In this document: positions 51,717 through 61,510 of the stretch, piece after piece | Position numbering within the stretch: position 1 is the first letter of the stretch | Layout of the letters: each line of letters begins with the position of its first letter | The notes under the pieces: generated by a model | The model's input: only the letters and a program-made list of their open reading frames with translations | The model's database searches: none | What the model was told of the DNA's origin: nothing | NCBI GenBank assembly: GCA_965224705.1 | Contig: OZ245056.1 | Location: forward strand, 2,272,001 to 2,336,000 | Direction of reading: 5' to 3' | Source of the DNA: Spirochaetaceae bacterium | Lineage (GTDB): Bacteria > Spirochaetota > Spirochaetia > DSM-2461 | Length of the DNA stretch: 64,000 nt | Made by a program: the position numbers and the translations under genes

Positions 51717-52814
51717 TCACTCCCTGTCTACAATATCGTCTGCCAATGCAACTTCCGTTCTTCGCTCCGTACCAAACAGATCCTTAACATTCTGTGAATG
51801 CCTTCCCATGATCATTTGAATTTCTGCACTGTTCATGGTTGTAATCGCCTTGAATTCATCTCCGATCTGGACAACTTCGCCGGCATCAAAAACACCGTCA
51901 ACACCAATTACTCCTCTGGGCAATAGACTTTTATTCTCACTGAGAGCTCTGAGAGCTCCTTCATCAATACTGATTTTACCCCTGGAACGGGCACCTGAAA
52001 TCCATCGCTTCCGTGCCGATTGACGGGAACCTGCCAGGAATAGGGTCCCGATATCCTCCCCGTTGAGAATACGTAAAACAGTGGACGGTTTTCGGCCATC
52101 GGCCAGAACTGTGCGGCATCCTGCCCGAGCAGCAATTTCTACCGCCTGGAGTTTGGTTACCATACCCCCGGTAGAATGATCACTGCCAGCCCTGCCAGCG
52201 GATGCCCTTACTTCGTCCGTTATCCTCTTCACGATGCGCAATGGCCTGGCTTGAGGAAAATCCCTTGGATTTTTGTCGTAAAGGGCATCAATATCGGTGA
52301 GAAGAATCAATAGTCCGGCATCAAGTTTACTGGCTATGTGAGCGCTCAGGGAGTCATTGTCTCCAAAAACATTTCCAATTTCGGTGGTCGACACACTGTC
52401 GTTCTCATTCATCACAGGGATGGCACCCAGATCCAGAAGGTGCTCAACCGCATTCCTGAGGTTCAAAAACGACTTCCGATCGTCGAAGGATTCCCGACTC
52501 AGAAGAATCTGTGCAGCAACGACACCACATTTGCCAAGGGAATTCTGCCAGTGCTGCATCAATACGGGCTGTCCCACAGCCGCACATGCCTGTCTCATTT
52601 CCACTCTTCTGGGCCGGGACTCCAGATTAAGAATACGGGTCCCGAAACCAATAGCCCCGGAACTGACAATGATGGGAATAATATCACGCTGCTTCAATTC
52701 AGCTATATCGGCCGCAAGGGATTCTATTCGCTGCACATTCGGCATACCATTCGGGGCCAGTAAATTGGTCCCTATCTTGATTACAATTCTTTTTATGCCG
52801 CTGAAATCTCTCAC
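51717..52814 (-). CDS. proB: Glutamate 5-kinase with PUA domain
   Basis: IKIGT, SSGAI, NENDSV, FGDND and TGGMVTK motifs. Confidence 0.96.
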   Translation of the reverse strand: MRDFSGIKRIVIKIGTNLLAPNGMPNVQRIESLAADIAELKQRDIIPIIVSSGAIGFGTRILNLESRPRRVEMRQACAAVGQPVLMQHWQNSLGKCGVVAAQILLSRESFDDRKSFLNLRNAVEHLLDLGAIPVMNENDSVSTTEIGNVFGDNDSLSAHIASKLDAGLLILLTDIDALYDKNPRDFPQARPLRIVKRITDEVRASAGRAGSDHSTGGMVTKLQAVEIAARAGCRTVLADGRKPSTVLRILNGEDIGTLFLAGSRQSARKRWISGARSRGKISIDEGALRALSENKSLLPRGVIGVDGVFDAGEVVQIGDEFKAITTMNSAEIQMIMGRHSQNVKDLFGTERRTEVALADDIVDRE

Positions 52815-54094
52815 AGGGGTAACTCTTTATGTGTAAAAGATTTCTTCCCTTCATTGTAGTCCTGTATCAGGTGGCCGTCTCCCCGGATCTGCCAGCGGTA
52901 GCTCAATAGCCCCTCCACCCCAACCGGACCCCGGGCATGAATCTTCGCAGTGGAAACCCCAACCTCAGCACCGAGGCCGAACACGAAGCCATCAGAAAAT
53001 CTCGTCGAGCAATTGTGAAAGACATCGGCAGCATCCACCCGGGCCAGAAATTCCTCGGCCGCCTCTGCATCCTCCGTTACAATGACTTCTGTATGACCGG
53101 ATCCATGGTTGTGAATATGTTCTACGGCCTGGTTTAAACTGCTGACGACACGAATTGAAAGAATGGCATCCAGGTATTCTGTGTCCCAGTCCTTTTGACT
53201 GACCGCCTTCACATCAATGAATTGCCGAGTCTTCTCACAGCCAAGGAGCAGGCAGCCTGCGGATTCCAATGATTCTTTGATAAGTGGCAATGTACGGGCA
53301 GCCGTATCCTGGTGAACAAGCAGGGTTTCAACGGCATTGCATACAGCAACATATTGCATTTTTGAGTCAAAAACAATTGGAATCGCTTTTCCAGGATCAG
53401 CTCTGGAGTCAATGTAAACATGACAGATACCATCTGCATGCCCAAGAACCGGAATGGTTGAATTGCTCATGATATACGAAACAAATTCAGTGGATCCGCG
53501 GGGGATTAGAAGATCGATGTATTTGTTCATGGTCAGCATGGCATGGACATCCTCACGGTTTTCGGCAAGATGAATCCACCCTTCCGGTAATCCTGCCTGG
53601 ATGGAGGCATCATGAATTACTTGAGTCAGTGTACGGTTGGTTTCCATGGCTTCCGAGCCGCCTTTGAGAATAACGGCATTGCCGGATCGGACACACAGTG
53701 ATGCGATTTGAATGAGGGCATCCGGTCTGGATTCAAAGATCATGCCGATAACACCAATGGGGCCGACAACCCGGGTGAGGATGAGATTTCTGTCCAGTTC
53801 CCGTTTCTCCAGAACCTGTCCCAGAGGATCATGAGTCTTTTCCAGAGCAATGACTCCGTCTATCACCCGTTGAAGTTTTGATGGGTCCAGCTTCAGTCGT
53901 TTTAAGAGAGGAGGGGGCAATCCTTCCGCTTCACTTCGCTTTAAATCCCTTGAATTTGCCTGAAATACATCGTCAGCCTCATCGTTCAGGGCCCTGTGAA
54001 TGAATTGGAGGGCTCTGGTTCTCAATTCTTCTGGTTGAGATAGAATGTGACGGCTGGCCTTCTGTGCCGACAGGGCTTTTGTTTCCATGTCCAT
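52811..54094 (-). CDS. proA: Gamma-glutamyl phosphate reductase
   Basis: IFESRP, LKGGSEA, CNAVETLL and STRFSDG...HARGPVG motifs. Confidence 0.96.
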   Translation of the reverse strand: MDMETKALSAQKASRHILSQPEELRTRALQFIHRALNDEADDVFQANSRDLKRSEAEGLPPPLLKRLKLDPSKLQRVIDGVIALEKTHDPLGQVLEKRELDRNLILTRVVGPIGVIGMIFESRPDALIQIASLCVRSGNAVILKGGSEAMETNRTLTQVIHDASIQAGLPEGWIHLAENREDVHAMLTMNKYIDLLIPRGSTEFVSYIMSNSTIPVLGHADGICHVYIDSRADPGKAIPIVFDSKMQYVAVCNAVETLLVHQDTAARTLPLIKESLESAGCLLLGCEKTRQFIDVKAVSQKDWDTEYLDAILSIRVVSSLNQAVEHIHNHGSGHTEVIVTEDAEAAEEFLARVDAADVFHNCSTRFSDGFVFGLGAEVGVSTAKIHARGPVGVEGLLSYRWQIRGDGHLIQDYNEGKKSFTHKELPL

Positions 54095-54282
54095 GAGGGT
54101 TATGATACCTGAATCGTTCCGTTAACTCCAGATGTCTGCTGAACGTGTGTCCACTGATTAAGAACGGGTCTTCCCGTTTTATCAACTATTGGAAATTTTC
54201 TTCATATTCACTACAATCATTCAGGTTTCTTCCGATCCAATGAGGGCATCATAGAAGTACACCATGGAGATTATTAGTAAAC

Positions 54283-57200
54283 ATGAGAATCAGTGAATGG
54301 GCTTTGAAGCATACAGTTCCGGTTATCGTTATTACGGCCGGAGCAGTTCTGGCAGGATTACTTTCGTACACAACACTCAACCGTGAGTTCATACCTGTGA
54401 TTACGGAACCTGCCGCCATTGTTGTTACTCTCTGGCCGGGTGTTGCGGCTGAAAAGGTGGAAGGCGAACTGACCTCGGTACTTGAAAATTATTTTTCTGG
54501 AATAGCCGGACTGGAAGATATGCGATCCAACAGCCAGGAAGGTGTCAGTATCATCAAACTTCGATTTGATGAGGATCTCAATATAGACTTCATGGTTCAG
54601 GAGGTGAGAACGCAAGTCGATCAGAGTTCACGGGAATTGCCCGATGGACTTCTTGGAAAACCTGTTGTAACAGCGGCAGGATCCCGGGGGCTGCCGGTCG
54701 TTGTATTTTCTGTCTCCGGTGAAATGGAGGCCGATGCTCTATATAACTATGTGAATGAAAAAGTATTGACAGAAATCTACAAAGTTGATGGTGTTGCCCG
54801 GGTAAATGTTCTTGGAGGTCTCCAGAAAGTCCTTGAAATAAAACTGGATACTCTTGCAATGAAAGAGACTGGAATCAGCATCCCTGAAGTGTATGGAGCA
54901 TTGAGAAGAAGGAATATAACTGTCCCAACCGGTCTGGTTGAATGGCAGGGGAAGGAGTGGGCATTCCGTGTAAGCGGTCAGTTTTCAGAAATATCAGAAA
55001 TAGGGGACTTGCTTGTTGGGTACTCCGATGGAATCCCCGTCTTCCTGAACGATCTTGCGGTAACAGGTGAGGTTTATGCCGATGCAGATGAACGTATTCG
55101 TTCCAGCAAAAAAGACCTTCTTGTTGTACAGATCAGTAAAAGAGTTGATGGACATACTATTCAGATGAGTCAGGATATTCAAGAACGGCTGTCTGATTTT
55201 GATGGTCTGGAGTTTGTCATGCTCCATGATGATGCTGAGATTGTGAGTACTTCCCTCAGAGCTGTTATCCGTTCTGCTTTGACAGGTATCGGCATGGCGA
55301 TTATTGTTATCTGGTTGTTTTTGAGGAACTGGCCATACACCTCGGTGATTGCTGTTTCCCTGCCTGTCAGCCTGGTTTTGACACTGGTATGTATGAAACT
55401 GGCGGGAATGTCCATCAACTTGCTGACTCTGGCCGGCATAACAGTGTCCCTTGGGATGGTGGTTGATGCGGCCATCGTTGTTCTTGAAAACATACATCGC
55501 AGAAGTGATGCAGGTGATAATCCCGACACAGCCGTGTTCACCGGAGTGACAGGGGTTACTTCCGCTGTCATTGCCTTTGTTACAACATCGATATGTGTTT
55601 TTCTGCCGCTGCTGTTCCTGAAAGGTATCATTGGCAGTGTTTTAAAGGATATTTCACTGACACTTATCTTTACCTTAAGTACATCCCTGTTTGCAGCCCT
55701 TTTCGTTGTGCCGCCGCTGGCCAGGCGAAGTTTGAATAAACTGCAGGATAAAGAAGTGCCGGTGAATCGCATTCTGGTGAAGCTGGAGTCTTTCTACCGA
55801 AGGGGAATACAAAGATCGATCAGGTACAGAGGTGTTGTTGTTGCAGCAGCTTCAGCCATTCTGATAGCCAGTGTCTTTGCGGCCGATTCCATGGGCATTA
55901 CGTTTATCCCGGCAGCGGATTATAATGAGTTATACGTTTCCATCAAATTAGCCAGCGGATCTTCCCTGACTGACAGTGTTCAGGCCGCCGATTGGGCAGA
56001 GGAAGTTATTCGACGGGAAATATCCGGGGTAAGCGACATTGTTTTCTATGTTGGAATGAAGGATGACCTCTCAGGAGATGCAAGAACCCGAGAAGCACTC
56101 TGGGGGCACATCATTCTCAAGAACGCTGAGGATAGGACTGAAGGTTTCAGGCAAATCATTGATCGTTTGAATGAAGTTTTGCCCCCGGCCTTACCTGATA
56201 TGCAGGTAGCCGTACTCAATGGGGGTTTTGACCGATTAGTGTTTCTTGGTACGAACGGACCTGGCTATCGTGTGGAACTGTCCTCGGATTCCCATGCGGA
56301 CATTATTCAGGCGGCCAGACAGATCAGAGATTTTTTTGATAATGATTCTGAGATTGTCAATACTGAATCCGATATTGAACAGGACAGGTATTTTGTTCTG
56401 GCCCGTCTGGATTCTGAGATCCTTGACAGTCAGGGAATTGATGCTGCCCATGCTGGATTAACCTCCAGAATTGCTTTTAGTGGTACTGATATTGGCCTCT
56501 TCCAGCCTGATTCGGGTCTCGATAGACGGATCATTCTCAATACCGATCTAAAAAACAGTCAACCGGATAATGAAACAACTGAGCGCCTCTGGATAAGGAA
56601 CAATACAGGTCAACTGGTATCCCTCAACTATATTTCGGAGATCCATGAGAAAATGGGAGTTTCGTCTATATTTCGACACAATCGAAAACGTACAGTGACC
56701 GTCATCGGCTATGGTAAAGGCGACAACATAAGAGGAATAACTCAGCGGCTCAGAGAAAGCATTGTTAAAAACCCCCTTCCTTCCACCGTTGAGTGGAGGA
56801 TTGATGGAGTAGGGGGACTTGTAACCGAATCAATAAACAGACTCGCCCTGGTACTCATCATTTCCCTGCTGCTTGTATACGGCGTGATGGCCATCCTGTT
56901 TGAGAGATTCATTCAACCACTTATCATCATGGGAATTGTTCCTTTCTGCTTTATTGGAGTGGTGGGTGGACTGATGGCATTTGGATCGGATATCTCCCTG
57001 GTGTCATTTCTGGGTATTGTGGCTCTGGGTGGGATTGTTGTGAATAATTCCATCGTTCAGGTTGATAGATTCAACCAGCTGAGAAAAAAGGGGTTTTCAC
57101 TGGATGATGCCATAGTGGAAGGGGCTGCCTCTCGATTGCGGCCAATTCTGATGACGACCCTGACAACTTTCTTTGGAGTTCTCCCACTGGCTTTTTCCCA

Positions 57201-57345
57201 GGGATCTGCTGCCCGACTCTATGCCCCTTTGGGACAGGTTATTGCCGGGGGATTGGCCAGTTCCACCCTTGTCACACTTTTTCTCACACCCGTTCTCTAC
57301 CGGCTGGTTGAATCAAAGAAGAACCTTCGGAATGAGATTCCTTGA
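54283..57345 (+). CDS. RND efflux transporter permease (AcrB/AcrD/AcrF family)
   Basis: 1020 aa, 12-TM layout; GMVVDAAIVVLEN and RLRPILMTT motifs. Confidence 0.92.
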   Translation: MRISEWALKHTVPVIVITAGAVLAGLLSYTTLNREFIPVITEPAAIVVTLWPGVAAEKVEGELTSVLENYFSGIAGLEDMRSNSQEGVSIIKLRFDEDLNIDFMVQEVRTQVDQSSRELPDGLLGKPVVTAAGSRGLPVVVFSVSGEMEADALYNYVNEKVLTEIYKVDGVARVNVLGGLQKVLEIKLDTLAMKETGISIPEVYGALRRRNITVPTGLVEWQGKEWAFRVSGQFSEISEIGDLLVGYSDGIPVFLNDLAVTGEVYADADERIRSSKKDLLVVQISKRVDGHTIQMSQDIQERLSDFDGLEFVMLHDDAEIVSTSLRAVIRSALTGIGMAIIVIWLFLRNWPYTSVIAVSLPVSLVLTLVCMKLAGMSINLLTLAGITVSLGMVVDAAIVVLENIHRRSDAGDNPDTAVFTGVTGVTSAVIAFVTTSICVFLPLLFLKGIIGSVLKDISLTLIFTLSTSLFAALFVVPPLARRSLNKLQDKEVPVNRILVKLESFYRRGIQRSIRYRGVVVAAASAILIASVFAADSMGITFIPAADYNELYVSIKLASGSSLTDSVQAADWAEEVIRREISGVSDIVFYVGMKDDLSGDARTREALWGHIILKNAEDRTEGFRQIIDRLNEVLPPALPDMQVAVLNGGFDRLVFLGTNGPGYRVELSSDSHADIIQAARQIRDFFDNDSEIVNTESDIEQDRYFVLARLDSEILDSQGIDAAHAGLTSRIAFSGTDIGLFQPDSGLDRRIILNTDLKNSQPDNETTERLWIRNNTGQLVSLNYISEIHEKMGVSSIFRHNRKRTVTVIGYGKGDNIRGITQRLRESIVKNPLPSTVEWRIDGVGGLVTESINRLALVLIISLLLVYGVMAILFERFIQPLIIMGIVPFCFIGVVGGLMAFGSDISLVSFLGIVALGGIVVNNSIVQVDRFNQLRKKGFSLDDAIVEGAASRLRPILMTTLTTFFGVLPLAFSQGSAARLYAPLGQVIAGGLASSTLVTLFLTPVLYRLVESKKNLRNEIP

Positions 57346-57391
57346 GATACATGACTTGAACAGCATTCCTCCCAGAAGGTAGGATTGAGCT

Positions 57392-58972
57392 GTGATTCCA
57401 GACAGCTACAAGAATCGAAACTATAAGAGACGAATATATGAATCATCATTACTGTTCCAGTTGAGTCAGGCCCTCAATAGCAGCAGGGAACTCAGTACAA
57501 TCATTGATCCTGTATTGACCTCCATGGCTGAGAATATTGCTTTGAGAAGGGGAACTGTCACTATTCTGAGCAGAATCACAGGCAAAATCAGCATTGCTGC
57601 ATCTGTTGAACTTTCCAGGGATGAAATCAAAAGAGGAATTTATGAACTGGGGGAGGGAATAACCGGAAAGGTTGTACAGTCCGGTCGAGCGGAAATCATC
57701 AAAAATATTTCTCTTGAACCACTGTTTTTGAATAAAACAGGTGTTCGTCAGCGCAGAAAGAACAGTTCCTTCTTATGCGTACCCATCAAGCATGATACGG
57801 AAACAATTGGAGCTTTCAGTGCGGACAGGATATTTCAAGATGAACATGGACTGACAGATGATGTTCAGCTGCTTGCCATAGTTGCTTCTATGATTTCTCG
57901 AACTGTTAAGCAGAGGCAGAGTATTGAAGATAAAAAGAAGGAACTGAATGGAAAAAACAAACGCTTGAATGAATCTTCTGAAGAAGAATTCAATCCATTT
58001 AATATGATTGGAAGGTCTCACAGCATGCAGGAAGCCTTCAGCCTGATGGCCCAGGTTTCAAGAAGTGAAGCAACAGTTTTTATACGGGGAGAAAGTGGAA
58101 CTGGCAAGGAATTAGTGGCCCAGACTCTCCATTACAACAGTCTCAGAGCCGGTAAGCCCTTTATCAAGATCAATTGTTCTGCACTGCCTGAGAGTATTAT
58201 TGAGAGTGAGTTATTTGGACATGAAAAAGGATCCTTTACAGGGGCTGTTGGCTCCAGGAAGGGACGTTTTGAATTAGCCGATGGAGGCTCCGTCTTTCTT
58301 GATGAAATTGGAGAACTCTCTCCTGTTACTCAGGTAAAACTGCTCAGAGTTTTACAGGAAAGAGAAATCGAAAGAGTAGGGGGGAATAGGACTATTCCTG
58401 TCGATGTCCGTATAATAGCGGCAACCAACAAAGATGTTGACGAGGAAATGCTGAAAGGTAATTTCAGGGAGGACTTATACTACAGACTGAACGTTTTCCC
58501 CATCTGCATACCCCCTTTGAGGGAGCGGCGCAGTGATATCATGCTGCTGACGGAACATTTTATCGAGAAAAACAGCAGAAGAAATAGAACTTCAGTAAAA
58601 AAAATTTCATCTTCTGCCATAGATCTGTTGATGAATTATCACTGGCCGGGCAATGTGAGGGAACTTGAAAACTGTATCGAACGAGCTGTTTTGCTGTCCC
58701 ATGATCAGGAAATAGATGTCAGTGACTTACCCCCTTCCCTTCAATTAGCCGAATCATCCCCTACCGCTCCCGGATCCACATTGCAGGCAGCTCTGGATGG
58801 TCTGGAGCAGAAGCTTCTTTGTGATGCCTTGAAAACAACCCGGGGAAATATGGCTTCCGCTGCCAGAAAATTGGCTGTATCCGAACGCATAATGGGATTG
58901 CGGGTTAAGAAGTACAGGATTGATCTGGATAAGTACAGGTCTCAGGCCCAGATTCATGGCCGAACAGATTAG
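57392..58972 (+). CDS. sigma54-dependent enhancer-binding protein, NifA-like (GAF-AAA+-Fis HTH)
   Basis: GEGITGKV GAF motif, GESGTGKE, ESELFGHEKGSFTGA, FLDEIGE, WPGNVRELEN and a C-terminal HTH. Confidence 0.92.
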   Translation: MIPDSYKNRNYKRRIYESSLLFQLSQALNSSRELSTIIDPVLTSMAENIALRRGTVTILSRITGKISIAASVELSRDEIKRGIYELGEGITGKVVQSGRAEIIKNISLEPLFLNKTGVRQRRKNSSFLCVPIKHDTETIGAFSADRIFQDEHGLTDDVQLLAIVASMISRTVKQRQSIEDKKKELNGKNKRLNESSEEEFNPFNMIGRSHSMQEAFSLMAQVSRSEATVFIRGESGTGKELVAQTLHYNSLRAGKPFIKINCSALPESIIESELFGHEKGSFTGAVGSRKGRFELADGGSVFLDEIGELSPVTQVKLLRVLQEREIERVGGNRTIPVDVRIIAATNKDVDEEMLKGNFREDLYYRLNVFPICIPPLRERRSDIMLLTEHFIEKNSRRNRTSVKKISSSAIDLLMNYHWPGNVRELENCIERAVLLSHDQEIDVSDLPPSLQLAESSPTAPGSTLQAALDGLEQKLLCDALKTTRGNMASAARKLAVSERIMGLRVKKYRIDLDKYRSQAQIHGRTD

Positions 58973-59057
58973 TTTTACGCTGCACCTGGAATTTGAGTAC
59001 GATTCTGAGTTATCCTTCCGTCCATTCCCTCTGCCGCAAGAAGATTCCGAGAGAATT

Positions 59058-59101
59058 CTACATTTATGTAATATTTGAAGAATATTACTACAAAAATGTA
59101 T
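59058..59101. promoter_or_regulatory. Two TACA-N4-TGTA palindromes, putative upstream activator sites
   Basis: CTACATTTATGTAA (59058) and CTACAAAAATGTAT (59088), 30 bp apart. Confidence 0.65.
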
Positions 59102-59210
59102 GATTAAGATCAAGCGTTTTTTCCTCCAACAGCACAGATCTATTTGATCTTTGAGATTATTCTTTATATTGAAAGAAATTAGTTTCTTTGATCTCTGTCA
59201 GGACAAATCA

Positions 59211-59226
59211 TGGCACAGTAATTGCT
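59211..59226 (+). promoter_or_regulatory. sigma54 promoter of glutamine synthetase III
   Basis: TGGCACAGTAATTGCT. Confidence 0.85.
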
Positions 59227-59272
59227 ATAGAGTCATTAGAAACTATGAATTCAATCTGGAGGTTGAATAATT

Positions 59273-61402
59273 ATGAACAGAGTCGATTACGTTGATAAAC
59301 CATTGAGTGAAATTTATGGTGAGAATTGTTTTTCTGACAGCGTGATGAGGGAGAAATTACCCAGAAGTGTTTTTGATTCCTTTCAGGAAGTTAAAAACGG
59401 TGCCGCAGAAATGTCACTCGAAATTGCTGAAGTTATTGCAGAAGCCATGAAGAGCTGGGCAATATCCAAAGGAGCAACCCATTACACGCATTGGTTTCAG
59501 CCATTGACAGGACTGACCGCTGAAAAACATGATTCATTCATTTCACCATCGTCCAATTTTGACGGAAGTGTTATAATAGAATTTTCAGGTAAGGAATTGA
59601 TTCAGGGAGAACCGGATGCCTCGTCTTTCCCAAGTGGTGGTTTAAGAGCCACTTTTGAAGCACGGGGTTATACGGCCTGGGATACTACTTCTCCAGCCTT
59701 CCTAAAAAAAGACGGTGATATGCTCACCCTTACCATACCGACAGCATTCGTCTCATATACTGGAGAAGCTTTAGACAAAAAAGTTCCTGTACTGCGGTCC
59801 ATGGAAGCCCTGAGCAGGGAAGCCGCCAGAGTATGTCATTTGATGGGCCACGAAGATGTGAAACGCTGTATTGCGTTTATTGGTCCAGAACAGGAATACT
59901 TCCTTGTTGACAGGGATTTATACAATGGAAGACCTGATCTACGATTAACAGGGCGGACCGTATTTGGAACGATGGCTGCCAAAGGTCAGGAATTGGATGA
60001 CCACTATTTCGGCGCCATGAAGGACAGGGTTGCCGATTATATGAAAACCCTGAATTTTGAACTCTGGAAATTGGGAATCTCCGCAAAGACCCAGCATAAT
60101 GAGGTTGCTCCCCACCAGTTTGAAATTGCGACAGTATTCGATACGGCCAATGTGGCAACGGACAGGAATCAACTGGTTATGGAAACCATAAAAAAGGTTG
60201 CCGAACGAAAAAATCTGGTTGCTCTCCTTCATGAGAAGCCCTTTGCCGGGGTAAACGGCAGTGGTAAGCACAATAACTGGTCGGTTAATACGGATACTGG
60301 AATCAATTTGATGGAACCAGGTGACAGCCCGGAAGATAATGCCATGTTCCTTGTTTTTCTCTCTGCAGTTATCAAAGCCATCGATACCTATGCATCTCTC
60401 ATACGAATGTCGGCCTCCAATGCCGGGAATGATCATAGATTGGGGGCCAATGAAGCACCTCCTGCCATTGTCTCCATCTTTCTGGGAGATCAACTATCTG
60501 TCGTTTATAAAAAACTGGCCAAAGGTGAACCGATCAAAAGTGCTGATGGTGAACTTATGGAAATTGGCACGACATCATTGCCTAAGTTCCCAAAGGATAT
60601 AGCTGATAGAAACAGAACTTCTCCGGTTGCATTTACCGGCAATAAATTCGAATTCAGAATGATGGGCTCTTCTCAGTCCTTAGCTGGTCCCAATGTTGTA
60701 ATCAATACTGCCGTAGCGGAAATACTTGCCCAGTTTGCAGTTGAACTGGAAAATTCATCTGATATAAACGCAGCTGTAAAAAAAATCGTTACGGATACAT
60801 ACAGGGAACATGGCCGTGTCATATATAACGGTAACGGTTATTCGGAGGAATGGGTGCAGGATGCCCGAAAGAGAGGATTGCCCAACCTGGCCAATACGGT
60901 CGCTTCTTTGCCTGAAATCACGAAGAAGTACTCCGTGGAACTTTTCGGGAAACATGGTGTTTTGAGCAGGGAAGAACTGGAATCTCGCTTCGAAATATAT
61001 CTTGAGAATTACAGCAAGGAAATCAATATTGAAGCTGGAGTTATGCTGGAAATGGTCAGGAAAGATATTTATCCTGCATGCAACTCCTATATTACCGAGA
61101 TTGCCCAGGGAATTTCATCGGTACTGGCCGCGGGGGGTAAGGCATTGCCAGTTCAAACAGCTTTGCTGGAATCAATATCTTCTTTGCAGGAAGACCTGCT
61201 TACTGCATCGGATAAACTGGAAAAGGAAGTGACTGAAGCCCTGTCCATGGACGGTGACAGCCTGAAACAGGCTCAGACCTTCAGCAATCGAATCGTTCCT
61301 GCCATGGCGGAAGTCAGAGTTGCTGGTGATGCCCTTGAAAGATTGACTGACAGGAAGCACTGGCCCTATCCTTCCTACGAGGATCTTTTATTTCGTTTAT
61401 AA
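59273..61402 (+). CDS. glnA: Glutamine synthetase type III
   Basis: ATHYTHWFQPLTG, EPDASSFP, HNEVAP, NGSGKHNN, RLGANEAPP and DRNRTSP motifs; 709 aa. Confidence 0.96.
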   Translation: MNRVDYVDKPLSEIYGENCFSDSVMREKLPRSVFDSFQEVKNGAAEMSLEIAEVIAEAMKSWAISKGATHYTHWFQPLTGLTAEKHDSFISPSSNFDGSVIIEFSGKELIQGEPDASSFPSGGLRATFEARGYTAWDTTSPAFLKKDGDMLTLTIPTAFVSYTGEALDKKVPVLRSMEALSREAARVCHLMGHEDVKRCIAFIGPEQEYFLVDRDLYNGRPDLRLTGRTVFGTMAAKGQELDDHYFGAMKDRVADYMKTLNFELWKLGISAKTQHNEVAPHQFEIATVFDTANVATDRNQLVMETIKKVAERKNLVALLHEKPFAGVNGSGKHNNWSVNTDTGINLMEPGDSPEDNAMFLVFLSAVIKAIDTYASLIRMSASNAGNDHRLGANEAPPAIVSIFLGDQLSVVYKKLAKGEPIKSADGELMEIGTTSLPKFPKDIADRNRTSPVAFTGNKFEFRMMGSSQSLAGPNVVINTAVAEILAQFAVELENSSDINAAVKKIVTDTYREHGRVIYNGNGYSEEWVQDARKRGLPNLANTVASLPEITKKYSVELFGKHGVLSREELESRFEIYLENYSKEINIEAGVMLEMVRKDIYPACNSYITEIAQGISSVLAAGGKALPVQTALLESISSLQEDLLTASDKLEKEVTEALSMDGDSLKQAQTFSNRIVPAMAEVRVAGDALERLTDRKHWPYPSYEDLLFRL

Positions 61403-61510
61403 TTTGAAAAAACTTTGTGGACAATTATTCCCGGAGCAGTTATTCTTCACAGATAGAAAAACAACTGATAACCCAGGGCTTTCCATCAAAGCGGGTGTAA
61501 GGATCAAGCT

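Noticed and set aside
57392..58972. Calling this gene nifA, or inferring nitrogen fixation
   Set aside because: No nif genes in the window and no TGT-N10-ACA pair noticed at the adjacent promoter; the context points to GS regulation.
61415..61423. DnaA-box-like TTGTCCACA on the minus strand
   Set aside because: Single imperfect box, with no cluster, unwinding element or dnaA/dnaN context.
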